Assembly: GCA_951406725.2 (NCBI GenBank)
Contig: OX597816.1
Span: 64,542,001 to 64,606,000, forward strand
Direction: 5' to 3'
DNA length: 64,000 nt
From: Octopus vulgaris
Taxonomy: Eukaryota
Below, piece by piece: positions 37,421-51,568 of the stretch; the first letter of the stretch is position 1, and every line of letters begins with the position of its first letter. The translations under genes and the position numbers were made by a program. The notes below the pieces were generated by a model, which searched no databases, had not been told where the DNA came from, and was given only the letters and a program-made list of their open reading frames with translations.

Positions 37421-39292
37421 ACTATTTCCTGTTTATAATTCAACCTTTACGGTACTTATTGCTGGAAAATAATGCTATTGTATTTTAATATTATTTATAA
37501 TTTATATATTTATCTATACACACACACACATACACAAGGCGAAGATAGAGAGTGCAAATAATGAGAATGATGTGTGTGTATATGGAGAGAGACAAATGAC
37601 ATAGTAGTTAAGGGCTTGCATTCCTGATCGAAAAGTTGTGGTTTCGAATCCCTGGACTGGGCAATGCCTTTGTGTGCTGAAGCAAAACACTTCATTTCAA
37701 ATTCCTCAAGTCCACCCAAAATCCCGGGAAACCTGCGTATGAGCCAATGACTCAAGAATGATCGTTGATCCTTTTTTCACAACATACATACACAGACACG
37801 GTGCGCGAGTGCGCGCATACTCACACATCCGTCGATTTTATCCGCACAGTTCTGGTTCAGCAGTGCAGCACTGCTTTTGTATGTACGTTTCTCAGTTTAG
37901 TTTTCTTTCCATTTTACTTTCGCCTTACTCTGTAAATTGTGAGAGTTAGCTAGAAAATAAACTAAAGTATCAACTTAGAATTATTGGTTTTATTATATAT
38001 TCTTAATTATTTTTTGGATTGAAAGGAAGAATTTCAAATATCATGAAAGTCAATTTCTCTGGAATCGATATTTAATATATTTAACCAATTCCAATATGCT
38101 AAGGCTTCGACAGAGTCTATGAAACGGTTTTATATAAACGAAACGGCTATAAGATAAATATCTAAAAGCGGATGAAAATCATATCGAATGTAATTCTGGA
38201 TTTTCAGTAACTTTAAAGATACATCTATTTTAGTAAATGGTTCTATGTGGTTTATGGTTGTCTTTTTTTCTCCCTTTATTTATTAATAATGTCGTTAGGT
38301 ACCAATATTGGTTTTATTTATATGATTTCCCTTTATTCAGTAACTCGCGGAAACCATTCTACCTTAGAAACAGAGGGACAACTGCATTATATATTTGTGT
38401 ATCTATATCTTTGTACGTATTATATGAATATACATATATGCATGCATTCATGCATGTATATGTGTGTCTTTGTATGTGTATCAGTGACAGTGTCTGTGTG
38501 TGTGTGTGTGTGTATGTGCGGGGGTGCATTGTATGTGTGAGTATAACCGTGTGTGTGTTAATGAGATCTATATATATTATATACACAAAATATACGCACA
38601 CATCTAAATGAATGTAAATTTATGTTCAATGTACGAGCCTAATTGATACCTTATATTTATTCATTTTTCATTTTTCTATTTATTCATTGATGGCGATGAT
38701 ATATAGTTACTTTCCTAAAACCATAAGGAAAGTTACTGAAAAATCCTAACCTAGATTTCGTTACAAAAGTTCTTTTGTGAAAGATAAGAAGGATATAAAA
38801 TATATTTATGGTGAGCTATATTCTGATAGAAAAGGTAATCCTGGTTATTCTCTCTATAAGCCCCGATATATTGTCAATAAAATGCTTTTCTGTAGTTTAT
38901 CATATGGGCAGATAGAAGTTATCAGAGAATCATACAGACTGATTCAGTTTTTATTGTGTATGATAGCTTATACGTAAGTTATTGGTTTTCAGCTATGAAT
39001 GAAGATCACCTGGGTTTCTTGATAAGGAGTTGTCTGTTGAGGTCATTAATGAATAACTATGTCTCAGTAAGTAAACTACTCAGAGAATGCGCTTCCTCAT
39101 AAATAAGACCAGAGTTGATCGTTTCTGTTCGGAAATGCCATATATATGAATGTATAGGCAGATATATAAGCCTTTATATGTGTATGCATATGAATATATA
39201 TGCGATTGCATCTACGAATGTAAATGTAAAAATAAGGAGGAAAATTTGAAACAAAAAGCATAAACTTTTAAGCTAGTGAGTACACACATATG

Positions 39293-39344
<52 letters not shown>

Positions 39345-39403
39345 TACATATATATGTATATATATGTATATATATATGATATTGATATATATATATGATA
39401 TTG

Positions 39404-39438
<35 letters not shown>

Positions 39439-39509
39439 ATATTCAAAAATGATGTACAATATAAGGAGCAGAAGAATTAAGACTATGTATATAAATACAT
39501 ACATTCACG

Positions 39510-39551
<42 letters not shown>

Positions 39552-41031
39552 ATTATGCATACTTCCTTACGTACACAAACACACACACTCACATATATAT
39601 AAATTATCATTACTTTTCGAGCAAATGCAATAGAATAATGTTAGACAATGAAAGAGAATCGGTTGATATTTTCACATGACTAGTACATTTCGGCTAAGTA
39701 CGTATTTCGCTTAATATAAATCATATTCATCATTTGAAATTTCCCACAAGATGACAGATAAAATCATGTGCAGAAGATTTGCGACGGCTCTATCAACGAG
39801 TGGAATAAGGACGTTAATTCTAAAAGTACATTCTCTGATTTTAGTGTAGAATAAGAAGAGCTTGCCATTTTCTCAAGAGCCAATTGAAAATTAATTCATG
39901 AATGTACCTTTCTTAATGTGTTTTTATGTGAGAATAAACTTAATGTTTGATGCACATTTTCTGAAAGACTTTGCCAATAGTGTAGTGTAGTGTGTGTGTG
40001 TGTGTGCGTGTGTGTGTGTGTGGGTGTGTGTCTGTGTGTGTCTGTGTGTGTGTCTGTGTGTGTGTTCGCATCCACAGAAATAACTGATAATCGGTTTTCA
40101 GTTTCTGAATAATATTTCTGGTTTTATCCTCCTAAGAACTTAATTTATATTTCTGAAAGAAGAAAATTTATGAGAAAGTTGGTACTGTTAAATTCCCAAT
40201 AAGTGTTTGTATGTTGCATGTTTGTAGTCTAAATATGTTTAGTCTTGCAATCACGTAGATCCGCAAGCGACCACGTTGTCCTGCATCTATCGTAACTACT
40301 TGTAGTAAAGCTTTCGGTTGACCAGTATTTTGCAAAAAAAAATAATGAGAGCGAAACCAGGCAGGAGTTCTCTGAGACAAACTAGAAATTTATATACTCC
40401 TTTACTTGTCACAGTCATTTGACTGTGGCCATGTTTCGGTTTATTTTATCTTACACAACATATGAATTCATTGCTATGTTTAATAATTTACTAAACTCCA
40501 GCACCCTTTTTCATATACAGTTATTTAAAATTGGAATTAAACCTATAAAGTTAAAAATATGTATTATTTTAAATTTTGTATTCTATCGAAAGGTTGTCGT
40601 GGCCTTTTTTAAACCTTTTCAAAATAGCCTACTTTTGTACCTTTTCGTATAGCAATTTCAATTCAGTAATCTTTAAAATATATAAATACAGTTTTATTCT
40701 ACATCTTTCTTGCGTTTACAAGGATTTAGGCGGCGGAAATCCTGAATGTGTGAATTTAGTGCCACCTAGTGATTATAGATTAAAAAGCCAATAACTCCGA
40801 AGCTATTTCCGAAACTATTTTCCGAAACTGCAAAGCTGGAATTTCAGATATACTATTTCTGCATAGCATTGAGTCATCACGCCAAGTTTTTGTAAAACTT
40901 GAGCAGTGGTTACGAACCGCCCCCTAGAATTTTGCATGAATTGGGTCAAAAGGGATGATCGATTATTTTTTTGAAATTATTCATCGAATTACAGTATGGC
41001 GTTATAAGGTTGTGGAAATGTCATAACGCTA

Positions 41032-41077
<46 letters not shown>

Positions 41078-41129
41078 TCATCTCATAAATATTGCGTTTT
41101 CTAATATTCCACTTATTTTTCAAAATTAA

Positions 41130-41860
41130 GATGATAAACAAAGTTCTTTTTTTTTTATCAAAAAAACTGCAGAATAAATGATAATCAAATTGGGTAACGT
41201 CCAGCGAATATGGTGAGTGGGGAATTGTTTCCCATTCAAACTGCTCCTGCATTTGGAATGTAATCCTCGCTTTTTATGGCCGAGCATTATTCTGATGAAA
41301 GAATACCTTTTATCTTTAAATCAAAGATGGACGTTTTTCTTCTAGCGATGACTTAAGATCTCCTTTGTTATCATTTGGTTGGGGGTAAAAAGTTCAAACT
41401 TAAGAGAGTAACCTTTTCATACCTCACCAATCAGATAACACCTGATGTGGGTGAATACCTTCTTCAGCCTGGGGTGCTGGTGTTTCTCCTTTCCCTACCA
41501 CTGTCTTCGGCGCTTGACATCTTTATAGCGAACTCATTTCTCGTCACCCATCACTGTTCGGTTCAAAAAAGGTTCATTCGTTTGAGGTGTCAGCATAGAG
41601 GAGCATACATTCGCTCCATGTGCGCACTTACACTCGGAAAGTTTGTGAAGAACCCTTTGACCCAATTTGCTGACTTTTCCGATAGCACGAAGGTGTCAAT
41701 AAATAGTTCAATCCAATTTTCTATATGTTCCCCAATAGTTACGATGGGATTTTGTTCCACCAGGGTTTGCAGGTCTATCGATCTCTACAAATATTCCAAG
41801 ACGAAGTTCGTCTTCTAGGCTGTGAATGCACACTATCATTGTAGCCCACTTCCTCTGATT
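41130..41860 (-). mobile_element. Decayed mariner transposase (element 1)
   Basis: HLRAIGKVSKLGQRVLHKL (cf. WVPHEL), VMGDEK, WETIPHSPYSLDVTQFDYHLF (cf. YSPDLAPSDYHLF). Confidence 0.85.
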
Positions 41861-41939
41861 ACAGCAGTGCTTCGAAGGAAGCTGTGTAGTGTTTTATTGA
41901 CTCATTAACCAGAGAAGGTTGAGCAGAGAATCTGCATCA

Positions 41940-42608
41940 AAGTTAGCCACAAGCTCGGCGATACCTGCTCAGTGACCTACGCAAAGTTTTCAAAAACGTT
42001 TTCATCGTTCTCGACACAATCAAAGAGATCTTGTGCAAATGAAACCAGGGCGTCGTTTTGGTTAGCTGAAAGTAGTTTTGGCACAAAAATAGCATACGCG
42101 CGGCTCTTACCCAAATCTTCAGTGATAATGGACTGAACTGAACCGAAACTAATCTGCACATCCTCTCATCTCTGACAGATAGTGATTCGACGATTTCCCT
42201 TACTGCTGCACGCATATCTGCGATGTTTTTCTCAGTTCTACTGGTTGTGGGTCTCCCAGAACGTTCGTCAATATTAACAATTTTTCGGTAATATTGGAAA
42301 CTTCTTAAGCAATTGTACACTTCTGTGCAGCTTATATACTCCTCTCCATACACTTTCTGCAACTTCGCGTAGGACTATGAGCAGGTATCACCATGACCAC
42401 TTTCTCTGTCATGGTCAATGCGGCGATCGCACGCGGCATACCTCCCTCCCAGGCACTGATGCTAACAACGGAATTGAGCTAGAGCGTTAAAACGTATTGA
42501 GCATGCACAGGAATTTCACGGTCAATCTTTACCAAGCGGCTTTACTCTGAATACTTTAGCTTCGTTACTATGGCAATAGTCCGGATATCTATTGATCAGA
42601 CCTCGTAT
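41940..42608 (-). mobile_element. 5' part of a second mariner element, with its left TIR
   Basis: Minus strand ta|CGAGGTCTGATCAATAGATATCCGG; MQKVYGEEYIS..VYN...DERSGRPTTSRT (HTH + GRP); FVPKLLS. Confidence 0.85.
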
Positions 42609-42982
42609 AAGGGCATTTCACCAAGATACGCTGTACTGATATGGATCACTAAGATCGTATTTGATAAGTGAACTTCTAAACTATGCCAATACCTGTACAT
42701 ACATTCATGTACACACTCATATATATATATGTGTGTGTGTGTATATATATATACATACTGACATACATGTGTGTTTGTATGTGCGTTTATGTGCGCGTGA
42801 GTGCGTATACATACATATACACATATATGCAAACATATGAGTACATACGTTTATGTGGGGGCGTATGTGTATATATGGTTGTGTGTGTATTTGTAAATAT
42901 ATATATCTATACACACACAAACACACACAAACACATACATATGCATATATATGTGTGTATGTATATATATGTGTGTGTGTAT

Positions 42983-43029
<47 letters not shown>

Positions 43030-44021
43030 TAAACATATGTATACACGCACATATATATACACACACATATACGTATGATTGTGCGTGTTATTTACATATA
43101 CGTGTATGCATTAGCGTATACGCACGTATGTGTGTGTGCGCGCGCGTGTACACGCACGTATATGTGTGTGCGTGCGCGCGCGGGTGTACGTTCGTGTGTC
43201 CGTGCTTGCAACCGTGCATACGTGAGTGCGTGTTTATGTTGTTTCCATAATTGTCGAAGATCTTCGTATTAACTAGGTTGACCTTGTTTCATTCTTATCT
43301 CGTAATTGGTTCAGTGAAGTATGAAATGGTGTCCATTATTTTCACTTTGTTTGATGCCAGAGAAGAAAGTATAGCGTGAGTGGGTGAATCATAATATCCT
43401 GGGAATTATCCCTTATAGGATTTGGTTCAACTCTTTACGTTCTGAATTCAAACTTCGTCGGGGTCAAATTTGTCTTTCATTGTTCAAGATTTCTATGGTC
43501 ATGAAAGTAGCAGTCAAGTACACAGTAAAGTAGAATTAATTGAGTGTCGATCTGTGCCAACATCATTGTGCTATAATGAAGAGTGACAGAATAAATCCTG
43601 AATCCCCGCCCAACCGTAGGATTTCGGTAAGTGATGTGGTGCTTCGACACACGGTTTCATATACATTTTCCTCACCTCATTATTTCCTATGGTATCACTA
43701 TTACAGCTATTACAAACAACTGGCAGATATGCGTACACATCCTATTTCACTTTTACACATACGCACACATTCCCACACGTACGCGCACAAATACACACAC
43801 ACACACACATAGCATCTCCCTCTCTCTGTCACTCGCTTTCTCTCTCTCGCTCTCTCTCTTTTTCTCTCTCCTTAAATATCTGTCAATGCAATCTCCACTA
43901 AAAGGGCAATTCAAAAATAAAAGGAACTTAGGCAGGGGAGTGAATTTTACTAAGTTTTATTATATATTCACAGTAGTGTTTAGATTTGAATGAAAATATC
44001 TCTGTTGCAAAAATGTCTAAT

Positions 44022-44070
44022 TATCTCCGCCTGTGACGGGGAGAACAGGGTTTGATTCCCCGCCGGGGAG
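44022..44070 (+). pseudogene. tRNA-Asp(GTC)-derived fragment (3' two-thirds; anticodon reads GTG)
   Basis: TATCTCCGCCTGTGACGGGGAGAACAGGGTTTGATTCCCCGCCGGGGAG aligns to eukaryotic tRNA-Asp TATCCCCGCCTGTCACGCGGGAGACCGGGGTTCGATTCCCCGACGGGGAG; followed by T-runs, no CCA. Confidence 0.8.
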
Positions 44071-44090
44071 GCATACGTATTTTCTTTTTA

Positions 44091-44251
44091 GGCCAGGAGT
44101 GGCTCTGTGATAAGTAGCATATTTACTAACCACATGGTTCCATGTTCAGTCCTACTGCGTGGCACATTGGGTAAGTGTTTTCTACTATAGCCTCGGGCCG
44201 ATCAAAGCCTTGTGAGTGGATTTGGTAGACGGAAACTAAAAGAAGTCCGTC

Positions 44252-44289
<38 letters not shown>

Positions 44290-44510
44290 GACGGATTTCT
44301 TTTAGTTTGTGTCTGTGTTTGTCGCCCCAAAATCGCTTGACAACCGCTGGTGGTATGTTTACGTCATTGTAACTTAGCGGCTCGGCAAAAGTTAAACGAT
44401 AGAACAAGTACTAGACTGCCAAAGAATAAGTCCTGGGGTCCATTTGTTCGATTGAAGGCGGTGCTACAGCATGGCCACAGTCAAATGACTGAAACACATA
44501 AAACAATAAA
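44091..44510 (+). mobile_element. SINE family A
   Basis: Collinear with 60959-61415. Confidence 0.85.
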
Positions 44511-44649
44511 ATAATTTCTTATTGCAAGATGGAGTGTATAATTCATTTTATGATTTGAGAAGTGGCTTCTCTGTACCTCATGCTGAGCAAACATTTATTT
44601 TCGCTTCGTTTGTTAATATACAGTACAGTTATTAATAAAAAAAAAATAA

Positions 44650-44893
44650 TAAATGCGCCCTTTTTAAAACCTTGCCAGGTTCATGGGTCCGGTTCCAGGT
44701 TTCTATGGTGTAAGTATTCCCCAGCTGGACGGAACGCCAGTCCATCGCAGGATTACTCATTTTTGCCAGCTGAGTGGACTGGAGCAACGTGAAATGAAGT
44801 TTTTTTGCTCAAGAACACAATGCGTCGCCCGGTCCAGGAACCGAAACCACAATCTTGCGATCATGAGCCTAATGCCCTAACCACTAAGCTTCC
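44650..44893 (-). mobile_element. tRNA-derived SINE (D-like centre with a C-type-1 tail)
   Basis: Shares GCTCAAGAACACAA with 23618-23949 and CCAGCTGGACGG..GCCAGTCCATCGCAG with 20236-20535. Confidence 0.7.
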
Positions 44894-44922
44894 ACACAGT
44901 TATTAATATTAGATTATTAGTT

Positions 44923-45130
44923 AAGGCAGTGAGCTGACAGAATCGTTAGCATGCGGGGGAAAATGCTTTGCGGTATTTCGTCCGTCTTTATGTTCTGAGT
45001 TCAAATTCCTCTGAAAATCGACTTTGCCATATATGCTTTCAGGGTCGATAAAATTAGAACCAGCTAAACACTGGGGTCGATGTAATCGACTTACTCCTTC
45101 CACTGATATTGTTGGCCTTGAGCCAACAAT
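44923..45130 (+). mobile_element. SINE family B, diverged
   Basis: GGCAGTGAGCTGACAGAATCGTTAGC...GAGTTCAAATTCC. Confidence 0.75.
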
Positions 45131-45994
45131 AATCATTAGATTATTAGTAAATATTAGAGATATTAGTATTAGTACTAAAGCGGCGAGCTGACAGACTGTT
45201 TACGGCGTTGGACCAAATGTTTGGCAGCATATTTTTCAGCATTTTACGGACTGCCTAGGTCAACGTTGTCCTTCTTTCCACCGAAATCATTAAATTAGTA
45301 CCACTATGTAATCTACTTGCCCTCTCATCTTAAACTGCTGCCCTTACGCTAAAATTAATACAATTTTAGTGCTACACAGAACTTTCGACTAGAAGAAATG
45401 TTAGAGAATGAGACAAGATACCAATACCATATGTTATTCACGTTTGACTAATACTGTACTTAGTTCATGTATTCTCGGGTCATCTTAAACTTCCTGGATT
45501 GTTAAAATAAAATACAAATAAAGTACTGTCTGGATATAAGTTCTTATGCGCTACTCTCAAAGATATGTGTCAGAGCTAGAAGTTAATATCAAACTAAGTC
45601 AATGAATATTATACAAAACAGTCAAATACCAGGAAAAATGTACCGAGTATGTATTTCTAACTCTTTATATTGTGCTATAAAGCAATGATCTCGCAAGCCC
45701 GTTAGAACGTCGGACAAATGCTCTACGACAATTCTCTTGGTTCTTTACCTTCTGAGATAAAATCCTGCTGAAGTCGGCTTTGCCTTTCACCAATTACAAC
45801 GATTTTCCATTCCAGTACTGGCGTCGACCTAATCGATTTCTTCCAGCACCTCGAACCTGTTGGCCTACAACGCACCGACAGCCTGTTCAGAGTAATGTTC
45901 TAACGTTACTTACTATGGGAACCGGGTAAGCGTCCACATGGACCCGAAGGCTTACGAAAAAATTATTTATGTATGTTTTTTATTATTTTACATA

Positions 45995-46330
45995 TTACTG
46001 TCATTCGACTGCCGCCATGCTGGAGCACCGTTTTGAAGGAACTTTAGTCGCACAAATCGACTCCAGGACTTATTCTTTTTAAAAAAAACTAATACTTATT
46101 CTCTCAGTCTCTTTTGCCGGGGACGTAAACACACCAGCATCGGTTATCAGTGGTGCTGGGCAGACAAACACAGACACAATGACATGCACACACGCATACA
46201 CACACACACACACATACATACACACACACACATACACACACATATACGACGGGCGTCTTTCAGTCCAAGCCTAGGGGATGGGGCCATGCAGTAGGGTTAA
46301 TCGCGCAAACGTGATTGGAAATCAAGCTTC
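45995..46330 (-). mobile_element. SINE family A, partly deleted
   Basis: GCCATGCTGGAGCACCG, GGGACGTAAACACACCAGCATCGGTT. Confidence 0.75.
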
Positions 46331-47119
46331 CTTTGAGCCTATTCATTAAAAATTATTTAAATTCTAATTATTTCAATTATTTTAATGCTTATTTAAATTC
46401 TTTCTCGAAGGTAGGAGTTGGTTTCTAGCAAAGATACAAGGCTCCATCGTTGGAATGTAGGTTAAGAAAACAATGTCACATTTTAAACACGGGAAAATTC
46501 TTGCATATATTTACTATTCCACTTACAGGTTGTTTGTAGGTATGTCGGTGTGTGTGTGTGTGTGTGTGTTTCTTTGAATATCATTTAAGTTCTTGACAAA
46601 CTTCAAACCAGTTACTAACAAAGCAACAAAACTTTTTTTAAGTTTAGAGGGTTCCCAGTGTTTGTAAGTATATGGTTGAGTTGTAATGTTAATGGAACTG
46701 TCGAAGTGTACACCCATATATGTGCATCTGTTCATACAAGAATCCCACACTGAGATTTTTGGGAAGGTCTCACTGTGTCATTGATAGAGAGAATTTGAGG
46801 AATCTGCGTCAGTTTCTTTCGCTCTTTTTTTCCATGAAATTGACAATTTCTAGGTAGAATATATATATGTATGTATGTACGTCATTCAGTTTTATTTCAA
46901 GATTTCTTGCCAATAGAGAAAGAACCGATTTCTAACATACTTCCAAGATTTCTACACTGGAATTCAACAACCTTAATAGGCTATTTATGTATGTATATAT
47001 TCTCATATATAGTCGCATGTCTAGATACACTCATATATACTTAAATGATGTATGCATGTGTGTAGCCACTACACACATTTTGTCTCTCCTTATTTCTCTC
47101 CTTGTTTTTTTCTGTGTCC

Positions 47120-47155
47120 CTTTCTGTAGAAGAGCGTAGGCTCGAAACGTAAAAG
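47120..47155 (+). ncRNA. Hammerhead-like motif with core variant CUGUAGA
   Basis: CTTT-CTGTAGA-A-GAGC-gtag-GCTC-GAAAC-GTA-AAAG; stems intact, conserved A6 replaced by U. Confidence 0.55.
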
Positions 47156-47316
47156 ACTGTTTCTATTCCTGAGCGTTATACTAATACATCTGTTTGTTTT
47201 GTACATCACCTGTCTTCGTCTCTTGTTTTTTTTTTCGTAAACTCTCCCTATATAGATATGTATGTATGTATGTATGTTTGTATGTATGTATGTATGTATG
47301 TATGTATGTATGTATG

Positions 47317-47361
<45 letters not shown>

Positions 47362-47642
47362 ATGGATGGATGGATTTATGTATGTAGGTACTTATGTATA
47401 TATTTTGCTATTGATAGCGACTATTTTTATATACATTGTTACTACCGTAGAACGAACACTAGCCGAGCGTGTACGTGTATCATAGTGAGTGAGCATCACA
47501 CTCTGGGAATTGTCGTAGCTTTTTATGTTATGATGGCATTTGGAAAATCATACATTCGTGTCTATTTTTGTACATTACCATAGTTTTGTGTACAATACAC
47601 ACACACACACATACACACACATACACACACACACACACACAT

Positions 47643-47711
<69 letters not shown>

Positions 47712-48299
47712 GTATGTATGTATGTATGTATGTATGTATATTAAGTTAGAGAGAGAGAAAGATTACTCATAAATGTTTAAAGGTTTTCTGTTACATTTCC
47801 AATCATTTTCGCGCTATGATAAACTAATTTCCGTTTAAATATTAATTTCCGTTACTTCTAGCAATAAAATATTATATTTTTTAAAAATTTTTGTTCTAAA
47901 TCAAGGAGTAGAAAATTGAAATAAAATAACACAAAATGTCATTTCACTAGCTAAATCAAATATATATTCTCTCAGATTTGTTTTTAGTATTGACAATTTC
48001 AACGTCACTCCGTTAAAAAACATTTTGATTATGCTTCAAAACTGCAGTGTATAAATACATCAAAACCTAGATTCAGTTTTGGAAAATAATATTCCACAAA
48101 GCATTTTCGCTGTTTTTACAATCATTTATTTTGTGTTATTATTATTCTAATTTCGGATTTTTGAAACTGTGTGAATGATTCCATGGGTAGCAGGATAACG
48201 CTGCTACATGCATGCGTAGTGCTGCTTCTTCCGCTGTTTTTGCAGTTGTTCTTTAGCGGAGGACAGTCCTGTGGTGGAGTTGTTTTTTTTTATCTTTAA

Positions 48300-48512
48300 C
48301 TTCTTTTAGTCATTGGACTATGCTCATACTGAAACACCACGTTGTATGGTTTAGTCAAACAAATTGGCCTCAGTACGCAATTTTACGTCGGATCCTTTAC
48401 CAAAGCGCTAAGTTACGAGAAGGTAGCTCCAGTTGCCAAGCGATGTGTAGTGGTGAAAAGCATAAGCACAAACACGCACATGCGCACACACGACACACTC
48501 ATATACAAATAC

Positions 48513-48589
<77 letters not shown>

Positions 48590-48930
48590 TTGACGTCTAT
48601 ATCTAGCATGTTGACTGTCCACTTTTTCGTGTTCAGTCCTTAATTGGTATATATTAATATTTTAATCTTCGGATTCTTTTTAATGTGCTAGACCACTGGT
48701 TTTAATTGACGAATATCAATTTTTACCCTTAATTTTTAAATATATATATACACATACATACATACGTACGACGGGCTCCGACAGTTTTTCGTCTACCAAA
48801 TTCACACACAAGACATTGGTCGACCGGGACCTACGGCAGAAGACCTTCTGTTCCAATGTGTGATTCAAAAGGACTGACTCGGGTCCACGAACCTGCAAAG
48901 CGAGCTCCTCAGTAACATACCCATGTGTGC
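48300..48930 (-). mobile_element. Diverged SINE family A with a nested fragment of the 6725 foldback family
   Basis: 48594-48740 is the reverse complement of ~6728-6885 and sits inside the SINE's (TA)n. Confidence 0.7.
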
Positions 48931-51107
48931 GACTCTATGATCGTTGATATTTCGGCCATGTACATCCCGTTATTTGTACAATCATTGCATCCATAACATT
49001 ATCCAATAATAACATTACTTTTCTAAGATAGTAGGATGTCATTTTGGAGGGTGCGACAGTTATTTCTAGTAGGTTGAGCGAAGAAAAGCTTATTTTTGTT
49101 GAACATGTCCACGATCATAATTTCGCTTGGTCAAGCACAACCCTACTAGGCTTTTGTAAAAAAGTATTCGAATAACACAATTCCCAAATCAAATTTAATT
49201 TGTAGGCGGGATACGCCTCCAAACAGCAATTCTCACAATTAAATGAGAAAAACAAAATGCTCTACTGTAGGCAGACCAAAGCCCAGAATCCAGTGAGGAT
49301 TCCTTGCTTGTACAAAAAATAAATAGCACAAAAAAGGAACCCCACTGGACCCAAAAAGCAAAAAGTCTTACCTTACAGTAGGGCCTCTCTCATTAACAAC
49401 TTTCGTCCATTGCAAACCAGCGTTGCGACTTCTACAGGTGAGTGAAGAAAACTAAACGGTCAGAACCGGAAACGAGCATTTTACCATATAGCCACTTTTA
49501 TTGTTTCTTTTTTTTTTTTCAGTTATTGAACATCAATCATGCTGAAGCGCGACGTCTTCAATTTTTAAACGATTAAATCACTGTCAGTACATATTTCAGC
49601 TCTGTTATTTAGTCTAGCGTTTTGTTGACTTTTTTTTGTCTTGTTTTTTTTTGTGTGGTGGGATGTTGTTCTGCTAATTTACGAAACAGAATGATTCTCA
49701 CACCAATTGTCAAGCGGTAAAACAGAAGCTCGCATACATACATGCATATGCATCCATACATGCAAACATACATATATATGCATACATAAATATGCATACA
49801 TACATCCATAAATACATATATATATATATATATATTTATTTATATTTATATTTATATTTATATATGTATATATATATACATATATATATATATGCACACA
49901 CATCTATAAATGCATATATACATGTATATGCATATACATACAGATATGTACATACATGCATACATACATACACATATTCATACATACATACATACATACA
50001 TACATACACACAGAGAAAGAGAGACATTATACACTTATCGGTCAGATTCGCTCAAAAGGTGTTGATCGAACTGGTATAATAATAGAAGACACTTTCTCAC
50101 GTAGTTTCGTAACGGCCCTCTTAACCACATCCTGTTTTATCAATATACTTACAGAAACAGAACTGTCAAATCTCTCCCTAATCACCGAAGAAAAATCATT
50201 CAGAAATCAAGGTGCAACAAATCTAGATCAAATCTAAAAACAATTATTTGTCAAGAGAGTGATTTGTTACATTTTTGAACCTGGATAGTCGAATAAATCA
50301 ACTCAATACTTGAGCTGTGCTTTATTTTAACTCTTTATATAGGAAGGAAGGATTGACGACTAAGTCTAAAATACATTAAATAGAGCGCGGATATATGTTT
50401 TTTTATTTTAATTATTCCTTTTACCCTTATTTATTTACTTGTTTTTCTTTTTGTGGAATTTTAGAGAAAAAATAATGGCACGTGTGACTCTTTTCAAGGA
50501 CTCTATGACTGGTGGAAGAAATTACATATTCTCTAGCATTAGACATGACCCAAAATTCTTAAAACAGAGTCAGCTCAGCTAAAGACAACAAAAGTCACAG
50601 GGGTGGATTACAATTACAGATTTAAGAGACTCTAATTTTATTAATAAAATATATAACTTTATTCCTTTTTTCCTCCCGTCTTTCTATCCTTAGACAGAGA
50701 ATGATACTTAGAACAAGAAAATATATGTATAGCTGCTATATCTATAAAGATATTCTAACTCTTAATAAACACAAATCAATCACGGATGCAGATTTATAAC
50801 TCCATAATTAAAACTACAAAATACAAGATCAAGCATATGCGATAAATGCGATTAAAATTCTATTAGATAGTGCTGGATTAACTATTTATCTATTTAGTCA
50901 TAATTTATTTATTTACGTTCTTATGAAATATTTTGCGTGATCATCAGTACATTCTTTCGCTCAAAACTGGCTTTTTTAAATTTGTTTTGTTTTATTTTCT
51001 GAACGATATCTAAATCAAGGATTGTCTTCTCTGTGTTGTATCAAATTCAATAGTTCAACAGTTATTTGCAGCAAATAGTTTACGATTCCTTAATTACCAA
51101 CACTATA

Positions 51108-51354
51108 CTCTTTTACTCTTTTACTTGTTTCAGTCATTTGATTGTGGCCATGCTGGAGCACCGCCTTTAGTCGAGCAAATCGACGCTAGGACTTATTCAT
51201 TCTAAGCATAGTACTTATTCTATCGGCGTCTTTTGCTGAACCGCTAAATTACGGGGACGTAAACACACGGTTGTCAAGCGATGTTGGGGGGAGAAAGACA
51301 GACACACAAACATACACACACACACACACACTCACACACATACACACTCACGCA

Positions 51355-51400
<46 letters not shown>

Positions 51401-51568
51401 CATATATACGACGGTCTTCTTTCGGTTTCCGTCTACCAAATCCACTCACAAGGCTTTGGTCGGCCAGAGGCTATAGTAGAAGACATTTGCCCAAGGTGCC
51501 ACGCAGTGGGAATGAACCTAGAACCATGTAGTTGGTAAGCAAGCTACTTACCACACAGTCACTCGCCT
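51108..51568 (-). mobile_element. SINE family A
   Basis: Reverse complement of 60959-61415. Confidence 0.9.

Noticed and set aside
38800-39130. Minus-strand LFINDL motif suggesting a CR1/L2-type RT
   Set aside because: Single short motif, no intact YADD or continuous frame
46523-46840. Possible LINE ORF1 (gag-like) remnant, EPSKLKKSFVALLV
   Set aside because: Similarity too weak to call without a profile search
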